IMG/VR virus record: IMGVR_UViG_3300037483_000443
Span: 71,655 to 135,654 of that record
Length of the DNA: 64,000 nucleotides
Source of the DNA: a virus
Direction: 5' to 3' (one strand)
Shown: piece after piece, positions 46,101 to 55,103 of the stretch
How the letters are laid out: the number at the start of each line of letters is the position of its first letter
Numbering within the stretch: position 1 is the first letter of the stretch
The notes under the pieces: model-generated
What the model saw: the letters and a program-made list of their open reading frames with translations, nothing else
The model's database searches: none
Told to the model about the DNA's origin: nothing
Made by a program: the position numbers and the translations under genes

Positions 46101-46654
46101 ATTGGAGAATTTCTTCTATAGGCTACTCCGTACCTACCATCATAATGTTTGTCAATGAATCGTTTTGCCTGAGTTGAACTAAAATTCAAAATCTCTGCAA
46201 CTTGACCAACCCAACCAATCTTAGTAAAATCTATTCTTGAAAGTAATTTCAATCTTGATTCCACTACTTCATGCGTCAATGTTTTATGATTATCTAATCC
46301 GCTTCTCCCAGCCCTAAATCTCAGTTTCTTAAGAGCTTCAGGATCGTTTTTATACTTATCCAGCGTAAGTTCATAAAGATTTTTTCTTGCACCGCTTTTG
46401 ATGGCATCTTTAAGATTTTCTGAATAAGTACCCCAATACAAATGTTTTGGATTAGAACATTTTGCATTGTGACAAGCATGGCAAAGCAAAATTTTCTGGT
46501 TAGAAGCTGGTATCGTTGTTCTTAGAAAGTGAGCAAGCAATGCTCTAAAATCTTTAGAACCTCCACCAATTTCAATACACTCAGATTCAAGATCTAAATG
46601 TTTCTGTCTTTCTTCCTGTGATAACAGGATGTACACATCTAACTTCTGATACAT
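46091..46654 (-). CDS. HNH (His-Cys box-like) endonuclease
   Basis: LCHACHNAKCSNPKHLYWGTYSEN; stop lies inside tRNA-Gly. Confidence 0.8.
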   Translation of the reverse strand: MYQKLDVYILLSQEERQKHLDLESECIEIGGGSKDFRALLAHFLRTTIPASNQKILLCHACHNAKCSNPKHLYWGTYSENLKDAIKSGARKNLYELTLDKYKNDPEALKKLRFRAGRSGLDNHKTLTHEVVESRLKLLSRIDFTKIGWVGQVAEILNFSSTQAKRFIDKHYDGRYGVAYRRNSPMRA

Positions 46655-46655
46655 A

Positions 46656-46732
46656 GGTGATCAAGGATGGAATCGAGCCATCATCACCTATTTCTACAAA
46701 GAAACAGTGCTCTGCCATTGAGCTACATGATC
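46656..46732 (-). ncRNA. tRNA-like RNA with over-long anticodon stem and 4-nt loop
   Basis: normal D arm, CTGTTTCT-TTGT-AGAAATAG, T loop CTCGATT. Confidence 0.6.
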
Positions 46733-46734
46733 AT

Positions 46735-46824
46735 TGATGGAGTAAAAGTTGGCAAGAGTAACTGGCCTGAGGCCAAGTTGACGTGGAAGGTTAACGAAGT
46801 AACTCTTATCCTATGCAACCATCA
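46735..46824 (-). ncRNA. WUACUUCG-core RNA, copy 7
   Basis: TGATGG/CCATCA stem, TGCATAG, AAGAG-TTACTTCG...TTGGCC-TCA-GGCCAG..CTCTT. Confidence 0.72.
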
Positions 46825-46909
46825 GGAGCGGGTGAACGGAATCAAACCGTCATACGACTTTCGTCTGCTTGCTTGGAAGGCAAGTGCCCTATCAATGGAC
46901 CACACCCGC
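46825..46909 (-). tRNA. tRNA-Gly(UCC) with long variable arm
   Basis: loop CTTCCAA, variable hairpin GAC-GAAA-GTC, ends CC-T. Confidence 0.75.
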
Positions 46910-47047
46910 ATTATCGATAAATCTCAGAATCTTCCGGTAGATACCGAAGTTCGTAAATCAGTATCGATTTTGATATTGTAACACAGACTCACTCAAAAGT
47001 AAACATATTTGTTGAGTCGGTTGAATTATTTATCGTTGAGCATCTTT

Positions 47048-47575
47048 TCAATTCTCTTCTGGAATATCTCTTGGGATGTACTTGAAGGAAGACGGCGCAT
47101 CTCCAGAGAAAACTTTTGACAACAGACGATACACCCTTTTGTTCATACAAGAAGTATCACACCAGTCACGGTCAAGAGCTGCGCCGTACTTGTCAGTGAT
47201 GAATTGTGCAACGGCTGCTGACCTACTAACACCAGCGTGGCAGTGAACGATCACATGGTCACAGTCAAGAGAGTTCAGGTACTCGATGATCTCTCTTGCA
47301 TGGTTGTAGTTAGCTAACTGCAGACCATGCCACATTACTCTACACTGAGGGTTACTCGGATCAAGATCAGGAATCGCTCCTACTTTCTCCTTTATATTTT
47401 CTTCGTAGAGATCGTCAAACTGTAGCCTCAGGATCGAGTGAAAGCCATCCTTGATTCTTGCAGGATCATCACCGGGTGTAGTCAGTGAGATGACAGCAAC
47501 GTTAGCATCAGGCTCAATCCGTTCTTCAACCATGATCTGGCTGCGAAACTTGACGGTCTTGAAGATATTGGTCAT
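47048..47575 (-). CDS. Cys-dependent (dual-specificity) phosphatase
   Basis: VHCHAGVSRS CX5R motif, LQFDD. Confidence 0.88.
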   Translation of the reverse strand: MTNIFKTVKFRSQIMVEERIEPDANVAVISLTTPGDDPARIKDGFHSILRLQFDDLYEENIKEKVGAIPDLDPSNPQCRVMWHGLQLANYNHAREIIEYLNSLDCDHVIVHCHAGVSRSAAVAQFITDKYGAALDRDWCDTSCMNKRVYRLLSKVFSGDAPSSFKYIPRDIPEEN

Positions 47576-47928
47576 CCGAGGTTACCAGACTTACGATCTG
47601 TTTCATTCAGGGCGCTGAGAAATGCATCAATCACTTCGATCTTGCTCTTCACCATCTGCAGAGCAGTGTGTCCACGTCCTGTGTCGTAGTATTCATTAGG
47701 ATATGCATAGTTAATGTCACTGCGCAACTCAGACATCGTTTTCTTCATGAACTTAATCGTGTCAAGATTTATGTTGTTAGCAAACATTTGAAGTCTTTCG
47801 TAAGGTATGAGATATTGTATCTTAGCTTAATTGCCTTGTACATTAAACTGGAAGAGAGAAATCTCTTCCAGTTTAATACGATACCATTAGAATGAGGCCC
47901 AAATTTAGCTCAGGACTTTGTGGTAACC

Positions 47929-48351
47929 TCAATCAACCAGGTTGATCTTACCGGCTTTCTCTGCAATAGCTTCCACGGAGTTACCAGACAGCTCGATCAG
48001 CTGACGAGCTAGCGGATCATTCTTCAGGTAGCGGTGTACATGCATCGTAGCAACAGAAAGACCTTGCCAACGGGTTTGACCGTTCATCAGCTTATTCTTG
48101 TTGGTGATTGGTGTGAAAGCGCTCTTCTTTGGGTCACGTCCCAGGATCAGATCATGAATCAGGAAGTAGCTAGAAGAAAGCTTTGCCTTGTCTGCTGTGA
48201 TCTCCTTCCAGAGCTTGAAGTATGCCTTCATGTCAGCGATCGGCTCTTCGATCTCAATCTTTTTCACTTCCATGATCGTTGGAGCTTTCACTTCAATTGG
48301 TGCAGTGGTCTTGTTCATGAACTTCTCGGTGATAGTCTTAATGATTTGCAT
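47929..48351 (-). CDS. hypothetical protein
   Basis: 140 aa, AAGGAG RBS. Confidence 0.7.
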   Translation of the reverse strand: MQIIKTITEKFMNKTTAPIEVKAPTIMEVKKIEIEEPIADMKAYFKLWKEITADKAKLSSSYFLIHDLILGRDPKKSAFTPITNKNKLMNGQTRWQGLSVATMHVHRYLKNDPLARQLIELSGNSVEAIAEKAGKINLVD

Positions 48352-48362
48352 GTTGTTTCTCC

Positions 48363-48818
48363 TTAAAATTTGATTTGGGCAAGTGCTGCATCTACTTTAG
48401 TCTTTACTTCACTAGCGATCGCTATCTTCACCAGACGATCAACTTCACTCTTTACACGCAATGCAATTGTAGCTTCTGCAGCTTTCATCTGAGCTTCGAT
48501 GCTGCTAGCAATTAAGCTTTCTATCTCTACGTTGGAAGCTTTGCATACCGCAGTCTTGATTTCATCTTTGAGAGTCTGTTTAAGCGTGATTGTTCTGCTC
48601 CAATTACCAGATTGATAAGAGCCGAAACTCTCGACAATTTTCGACTTTTCTGTTTCAGCTGCTTTCGACACAGCCGACTGGATGTCAGAGTCAACCCCTT
48701 TTACGAATCGACGAGCTATGTTTTCAAGCACACATTGTTGAATCTTGAGACGAAATTGTTCATCCTTCTCGATCAGTGATGCTAGTGCGTTAGTGTCTAA
48801 TTTAATCTCGATGCTCAT
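48363..48818 (-). CDS. hypothetical helical protein
   Basis: 151 aa, AAGGAG RBS. Confidence 0.7.
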   Translation of the reverse strand: MSIEIKLDTNALASLIEKDEQFRLKIQQCVLENIARRFVKGVDSDIQSAVSKAAETEKSKIVESFGSYQSGNWSRTITLKQTLKDEIKTAVCKASNVEIESLIASSIEAQMKAAEATIALRVKSEVDRLVKIAIASEVKTKVDAALAQIKF

Positions 48819-49023
48819 CGGTTTCTCCTTTAGATTGCTGCAATTTGGTCTGCAAAGTCATACATCTCTTTGTTCATTGATCTCATTCCTTCTTCATTAG
48901 AACGAGTCGTAATAAGATGATCGGTGTAATAGTCCCATTCACGATACAAAGTTTCACGAATGAAGAAGCGAATATCATCGAGCTCTTGTTGCGTCAAAGC
49001 AATAGTGTCATCATCAATTCGTT

Positions 49024-49356
49024 TCATGCTGTCTTCTCCTGGTTAAAAGTGATCCATGCTTCACAAAGTGTACGGCTTTCATCTTCAGCGTACAGCTCTG
49101 CGGTTTCTTTGATGAGGCTAATGCGAAGAGCAATTCCCTTCCTCTTAGACATGATGCCGTAGAGACCGCTCTTGCTGATTTCTCCTCTCTGCAGAGGACG
49201 TCCGAGGTGAAAGGTTACTCGCTCTGGACGATACTGTGGCTTATCTTTGCAGATGAAGTGAGCCAGATCTCGACTAAACGTGAGACGGTAGAGCTTCTTG
49301 TCATCACGAACTGCCCAGATCTTCTCAGATAGCTTACAGCTTCCAGAGCAGCTCAT
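49024..49356 (-). CDS. hypothetical protein
   Basis: MSCSGS start overlaps (ATGA) the stop of the Pth2-like gene. Confidence 0.65.
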   Translation of the reverse strand: MSCSGSCKLSEKIWAVRDDKKLYRLTFSRDLAHFICKDKPQYRPERVTFHLGRPLQRGEISKSGLYGIMSKRKGIALRISLIKETAELYAEDESRTLCEAWITFNQEKTA

Positions 49357-49715
49357 GATTGTTCTCCTGCCTTGTAGAGACGATACTTCTTGAAGTGATG
49401 ACGCTGCTCTGCCGTGAGGGGCACGGTAGCAAAAGAAGTATGGCTTGGTAGATAGCCTAGATTGTCGTCGGGCTCGTAGAAGAGAGCACAATCGATACCT
49501 TGTGAGGCTATGTGATCATGAGCTTTGAGGAGATGTTCCTCATCGCGAGCTTCGAGTAGAATGAGAGAAGTAGTCTCGTTGAACTTCTTACCAGCGAGAC
49601 CGGCTTTGAGACCTGCTTCAAGAGTTGCGTGCGCAGCTTGAACGATTTGCTGTGCAGCTGGGAGATCCTTGCGAATGAATGTGTAGCAGTAAGTCTTATC
49701 AGAAATCTACAGCAT
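49353..49715 (-). CDS. Pth2-like peptidyl-tRNA hydrolase family protein with UAG at codon 3
   Basis: AAGGAG-N5-ATG CTG TAG ATT...; downstream 117 open codons YTFIRKDLPAAQQIVQAAHA...FYEPD...TVPL; absent from ORF track. Confidence 0.8.
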
Positions 49716-49768
49716 GATTACTCCTTGGTTGGTTGAACTACAAAATTATTTATCGTTTAAGAAGATTC

Positions 49769-49798
49769 ATTATAACACAGTTGTCTTAGAAAGTAAAC
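49769..49798 (-). promoter_or_regulatory. early promoter of the Pth2-like gene
   Basis: GTTTAC-N18-TATAAT; late-type GATAAATA at ~49747-49754. Confidence 0.75.
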
Positions 49799-49807
49799 AA
49801 CTATGTA

Positions 49808-51217
49808 TTACAACATCGCGTGAACTTCACCCTTGTCGCAGTCCACACACACATCCATAAATTTTGTGTAGATTTTTGTTGCATTATCAAGCCGTAAGAT
49901 CTTAACGTTGAATTCACGTCCTACAGTAGCAAGGTGACATAGCTTACCACCAACCTCAGTGATCACAGCACCCTTTCCGTTTTTGCATGCAGATAGCATC
50001 GCGATCTCATAATCGGGGCTTGCCGAAGGAATAACGATGATAGATCCTTCAGGGACTGATTCTCCAGGTTTTGGCAGAACAACCCGCCCGATTGTAGTAC
50101 CCTTACCTGCAAGCACTGTACACTCAAAGCCGAGAAGCTCACGCTGAAGTTCATGCATTGCGTCGTACGCAGAACTAACGATTGGATTGCGATCGCCACC
50201 AATCATATCATACCACGTTTCGATCTCTAAACCAGCGCCGAGCAACCAATCAGTATGATATGGGTCATCATTGTACATCTTCCAACCGCTGGAAGATACA
50301 ACACTCCACGGTACGGTCATCATGTGACGGCTTCTAATTTGAAGCGCCCAACCTTCAAAAGCTCCTCGTGGAACACGAAGTTCACTTGTTTTGTTTCCGT
50401 TCTTGTCTTTGAGAGATAGAGTCATCCAACCCCTATCTCCGAGAGAATTTGCTTGTTCGATGATTTCTTTGCGAGCAGCTTCTATTCGAGCTTCATGTAT
50501 CTTCTTCATGACAGCTGCGACTCGCTCGACGCGTTCTGAATCTGAACGCTCTTCATCAAGAGCGACAATTGAAACGACTTCTTCCGTGATCTCATTATCT
50601 TCGGCTTCCCACCCACGACGATAGAAGAAGTGTCCAAACTTCAATGCATTATCTACCGATTCTTGTGGAGTGGTATTTTTTGTCATCCAAAGAGGGGGAA
50701 GACCTTCTGCTATCTTGAATAGAACGATGGTGTCTACATTTCCGTACTTCACGGTAAGCGCAAGATCTTTGAATTGATTATCAGCGTAAAATAGACTGCG
50801 TTTATAGCTGAATTCTTGTAGATCTTTACGATCCAGGCATGGGAGAGACCCACTGTTCAAGTATTCTGCTGCCCAGAGAGCATCTTCACGACCCCAGCGA
50901 TCGACGATTGCGTATGGTATGTAGCACTTGTGATCAGTGTGTTCATAGAAGTGGCCGTAAGCATAGCCTAGACGCTCGAGATATTCTTCAGCATCGTCAT
51001 CGACTAACTGGATTCCTTCTGGATCTTCAAATGATTGAATTCCAGTAAGACGCTTGGACCCACTAAGAATCGAGATTGCGATATCATGAGTCATACCATC
51101 AACATCGCGAATGAGGGCATTCAGTGAATAATCCCAACGCCCTTCCACGACGAGGTCTCGAAAGAAATCGGTCAAAAAATCGCCTGAAATAGAGAAGTGA
51201 ACAACTGTTTGTGTCAT
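49808..51217 (-). CDS. protein with C-terminal PEP-utilising swivelling phosphohistidine domain
   Basis: GAVITEVGGKLCHLATVGREFNV matches the GG..SHAAIVARE signature. Confidence 0.7.
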   Translation of the reverse strand: MTQTVVHFSISGDFLTDFFRDLVVEGRWDYSLNALIRDVDGMTHDIAISILSGSKRLTGIQSFEDPEGIQLVDDDAEEYLERLGYAYGHFYEHTDHKCYIPYAIVDRWGREDALWAAEYLNSGSLPCLDRKDLQEFSYKRSLFYADNQFKDLALTVKYGNVDTIVLFKIAEGLPPLWMTKNTTPQESVDNALKFGHFFYRRGWEAEDNEITEEVVSIVALDEERSDSERVERVAAVMKKIHEARIEAARKEIIEQANSLGDRGWMTLSLKDKNGNKTSELRVPRGAFEGWALQIRSRHMMTVPWSVVSSSGWKMYNDDPYHTDWLLGAGLEIETWYDMIGGDRNPIVSSAYDAMHELQRELLGFECTVLAGKGTTIGRVVLPKPGESVPEGSIIVIPSASPDYEIAMLSACKNGKGAVITEVGGKLCHLATVGREFNVKILRLDNATKIYTKFMDVCVDCDKGEVHAML

Positions 51218-51279
51218 GATGACTCCAATCTTGGAATGGAGTAATTATATCATGAGCATCTAAAAAGTAAACAACTTTG

Positions 51280-51594
51280 TTATTTTCTATGAAGCTTTCG
51301 TTTAATGACTCGTTGTTTGTTATATGTGAGATCTACATCCCACTCACCGAAATAGTCTTGATGATAGAAGAATTCATAGACTACATTGACCCAAATCTTA
51401 TCACCTACCCTCAGTTTATAAGCCGCGTTTGGGAGTGGAAGAGATTTAGTACTGAGAAGATCAAAGTCATCTCTTGCGGCGTCTTTTCCTTCCAGTGAAT
51501 GACCAGTGAGTATGATTGCATTCACGTCAAACGGAACATACTCACTGTCAGTTCTCTCGATGATCAATAGAGCCTTACCTTTGAGACATCTCAT
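51280..51594 (-). CDS. hypothetical protein
   Basis: 104 aa in coupled run. Confidence 0.6.
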   Translation of the reverse strand: MRCLKGKALLIIERTDSEYVPFDVNAIILTGHSLEGKDAARDDFDLLSTKSLPLPNAAYKLRVGDKIWVNVVYEFFYHQDYFGEWDVDLTYNKQRVIKRKLHRK

Positions 51595-52463
51595 AGCATA
51601 TCCATGTCATAGTTCAAGCAGTTCTTCACACGCTTGATGTACTCAGACTCGGCAATCTCTTTAGCATCATCAAGATCAGGCCCAACCCCACCGAAGCCAC
51701 CCCAGGGAGTCTCGTCGATCGTAGGGTCATCAAACTGCTTCCAACCCTTCCAGGTGATCAAGAATCTGCCAAACGGCGTCTCAGCAGTAACGTGGTGATA
51801 CCTACACTCTTCGCACGGTTCTTTGACGTCAGACCACTCTAATGGCTTAATCATGGTGCTAACCAAGGCTGAAGAGTTAGATCCGGGTTGAAGACATCTC
51901 CGATCGATGGTAGCTTCTCTGTAACCGGAAAATAAAGGTGTCCCTTAATCGGAACATCTGCATGTAGTCCTGGGGTGAGAGCGATGTTTATGACGATGTC
52001 ATTTTGATCTGTGATTATACAACACATCTAAGCACCTCTCAACATATACCAAACACGAATCCCCATCGTACCAGGTTGATAACCACTTGTAGAAGACAGA
52101 TCATAAAAGAGAGTCTCGACGCTGATCACACTGACGATCTGCATGTCTTTCTCTTGCTGAGTCTTCCAGTCATTGAGGGCTTTGATCGACGCGACCAGGT
52201 CATATCGCGTTCCACCGTTCAAGATAGGATGACAGGAAACCTTTTCAGTGAAATCTTTGCACTGGATAGTAGTCATTGGAGCTTTCTCAGTTCGTTAGGG
52301 TAACATTCAGTAATCCACTTGCACCACATAGGTCTCACGTCAATGTAAGCTCCATTGACGTAAACGATGATTCCGTTCTTGTTCTTTTGATGCTTCAGAG
52401 GAGCAATCGTAGTCAAGATCTCGACACGGTCACCGACTTTGAGCGCTGAACGACGGTTCTTCT

Positions 52464-52952
52464 TCACAGCAGAGGTAGATGATCGCATATTCCTTTTACC
52501 TGGCTTGGGTATGCCGGACCGATGACTCCACAGGTCAAAGTTTTGACGCCGTTGAACTCGGTCAAGCCGTTGTCGATGATGAGCTTAGTATTGAGCCCTG
52601 CAAGCTCTGCTTTTGTGATGACGTCACGAAGCTCTTGTTCACTTGTAGCACTCAAACATATCTTGGTAAAGCTCCCCTTGACGAGCCACTCTTCCAGAAC
52701 CGGAGTAAGGGGGATCATCAAGTAGCAATCACCGGCATCGCCCATGAATTCGGTGTAGTTATTGAAGATAGCACCGACAACTCCGTGAGATCCTTGCGCA
52801 ACCATCTTACCCTTGCGCATGTTCAGATCCTTTCGAAGGATGATCCACTGCTTGGGAACTTCTTCAACAGAAGGTGTGTCTTCAGCGAGGACTTTCTCGA
52901 GAACTTTTGTGTCTACTTCGTTCTCTAGAGCAGCTTTCATGAGTTTATTCAT
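52464..52952 (-). CDS. peptidyl-tRNA hydrolase Pth2
   Basis: RKDLNMRKGKMVAQGSH, TKICL, DNGLTE, T.T...IGP, HLPLL. Confidence 0.92.
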   Translation of the reverse strand: MNKLMKAALENEVDTKVLEKVLAEDTPSVEEVPKQWIILRKDLNMRKGKMVAQGSHGVVGAIFNNYTEFMGDAGDCYLMIPLTPVLEEWLVKGSFTKICLSATSEQELRDVITKAELAGLNTKLIIDNGLTEFNGVKTLTCGVIGPAYPSQVKGICDHLPLL

Positions 52953-53139
52953 GAGAATTCCTTATGAAGTTGATTGAATCTTGCCAGTTGTGGCTATAGC
53001 GAGGTGGAGTGCTAGGTCCTGGAACTTTATCAGAGCATCGGTGAATACCCCACCACAAAACTCCATTACGAACCTCGGCATCCTTCTGACCACAAATCTG
53101 ACAAAACTTATAGACGTTGCGCTTGAGAGCCATGCTTAC

Positions 53140-53439
53140 TTAGTCTCCAGAGTCGATGTCATAACGATCTCCACAGTGAGGGCAATCATAGACAGTGTAG
53201 CAACGGCTCACATTTCGACCTTTGTACTCATGTACACAAGGTCGACCGTTGTCTTTGTGCAGACGAACGTAGCCGTACGTCTTTCCACCCATCGTCTGTC
53301 CTCCACAGTTTCTGCACTTGATCTCGGTAGGATTCTTCCAGTACTTCGCCGATTCTTCAGGAGTCAGCTTGTGAATGCCGGTGCCATGACAGATCGGACA
53401 TTCACCGTGTCCGGTTGGAATGTTGGTGTAGATCTTCAT
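53140..53439 (-). CDS. Zn-finger protein
   Basis: CPICHGTG, CRNCGG, CPHCG. Confidence 0.65.
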   Translation of the reverse strand: MKIYTNIPTGHGECPICHGTGIHKLTPEESAKYWKNPTEIKCRNCGGQTMGGKTYGYVRLHKDNGRPCVHEYKGRNVSRCYTVYDCPHCGDRYDIDSGD

Positions 53440-53706
53440 AGAAAGTCCTTGTCATATCTAGAGAATCCACTGTTTGTTCCACGTCCACGTTCCCCGTTGA
53501 GAGTGCACCAATCTGGCTGTATGTCTAGAAATTCTTCATCGGAAATCTCAAAGTAAACTTTATGACAGCTTTCACAATACTTACCCCAATCACCGTTAGC
53601 CTGAGAGCAACGATGATTCCACCCTCGTGCATAGTGGCTGTGAAGTTTTCGGTGACCACGGGACCCACAGCGAGGGCACTTTTCTCCGAAGATGAAGTCA
53701 AGCAAC

Positions 53707-54048
53707 TTAGCTAACATTAGTCACTCCTTGAGCTGTTCTGAAGATCACCTCACTGCTGATCTTGTAGCAGAGAACAGCTTCTTGTTCATAGTGTACAAGA
53801 GTCATGTCCATGACTTCCTCGATCTCTTGCTTAGACGCAACGATTCTCACTGGAATCATGCGCTCAACAAAGAGAGTGCCGTGAGGAGACAACCACTGTC
53901 CTTTGGTGGGCTGCATGATCGTGAGTCCACCGGTGATCTTGCGAACTTTCTCGTCCCAGACGCGGTGGAAGCGAGTCTTGAAGAACTTTTCCCCGTTAGT
54001 ATTTGGACGAACGGTCGGGATGAGGATTTCCCACATTGACTTCTTCAC
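53707..54048 (-). CDS. hypothetical protein
   Basis: GGLT......GQW...ERM...HYEQEAV. Confidence 0.65.
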   Translation of the reverse strand: MKKSMWEILIPTVRPNTNGEKFFKTRFHRVWDEKVRKITGGLTIMQPTKGQWLSPHGTLFVERMIPVRIVASKQEIEEVMDMTLVHYEQEAVLCYKISSEVIFRTAQGVTNVS

Positions 54049-54527
54049 TTGATCGGCTCCAGTGATTTCTTCATGATTCCGATGAACTGAGCCATCGTTG
54101 CATTTTTTCTACAAACGGTAACCCACTTGGGATCAAAGTGGTATCCAGGGACAACACTATCATTTACCCCAGAGATCTTCCGAACGAGAGTGCCAGCAGA
54201 ACAGCCAGGGTGTTCATCATCCTTGACCACATAAACCTCATTGCTCAAGTTCAGAGTACGTCGGTCAGAAGAATCTTTGATCGTCAGTTTCTCTTGTAGT
54301 TCCCAGCCAGTACTTTTGACATGCATGCGATTGATCGAAATCTTGATCTCACGATTACCACCATTTCGGCTCCCGAAGACATAACCGTCCATATCACACG
54401 GTAGCATGATCGCCTTGCCGTCACTGATATCTGTGACTTTACCATATCGGTTGGGCATGCGCTTGTCAAGATCTTTCCAAACCTGCCCGAGCATCACTTC
54501 GATGCCAGTTTTCGTGATGTTGTTCAT
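54045..54527 (-). CDS. hypothetical protein
   Basis: 160 aa in coupled run. Confidence 0.6.
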   Translation of the reverse strand: MNNITKTGIEVMLGQVWKDLDKRMPNRYGKVTDISDGKAIMLPCDMDGYVFGSRNGGNREIKISINRMHVKSTGWELQEKLTIKDSSDRRTLNLSNEVYVVKDDEHPGCSAGTLVRKISGVNDSVVPGYHFDPKWVTVCRKNATMAQFIGIMKKSLEPIK

Positions 54528-54991
54528 ACACCCAGAGCCTTTCTTTCTTCTTCTGTCAACTTTGCGACAGCATTCTTGCGAACATTAGCGAGACGTTCTT
54601 CTTCAGCAAGATGATCGCGATGCTGTTGAACCTCATCTTCAACGTTCTTAAGAGTCCAGAGATCATCTCTACCAGAGGGAACTACGTTGAAGGTGAAATG
54701 ATCTGTATCATTCCAGTGATGGCCTTTAGTCACCGTGAACTCTACTCTGTTGTTGGGCAGTCTCTTCACGGAGAAACCAGCATCCGAGAAACTTGCAAAA
54801 TCTAGAACTGCGTTCAGTAGGCGTTCATTCCAGTTTGCAGTATCCTTGCGAAACTGTTCGGCTTGCTCTGCAGCCATCTTCTCGTGGAGAGCGGCTTCAC
54901 GAGCTTCTCTTTCGAGGCGACGTTGAGTACGCAGCGCTTTCTTTTCAGCAGCAGACAGAACAGGTTTTGTATCAGCAACAGTCGCCATCAT
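54524..54991 (-). CDS. hypothetical early protein
   Basis: ends AKLTEEERKALGV; promoter 55020-55048. Confidence 0.7.
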   Translation of the reverse strand: MMATVADTKPVLSAAEKKALRTQRRLEREAREAALHEKMAAEQAEQFRKDTANWNERLLNAVLDFASFSDAGFSVKRLPNNRVEFTVTKGHHWNDTDHFTFNVVPSGRDDLWTLKNVEDEVQQHRDHLAEEERLANVRKNAVAKLTEEERKALGV

Positions 54992-55103
54992 TTTCTCCGG
55001 GATCGTTTATGATGGAGAAATTATATCATGTGCATCAAGAAAGTAAACAACTTTGTTGAGAAAAGAGGGTGAGCATTGCACTCACCCTCACAGCAAGCTC
55101 AGA

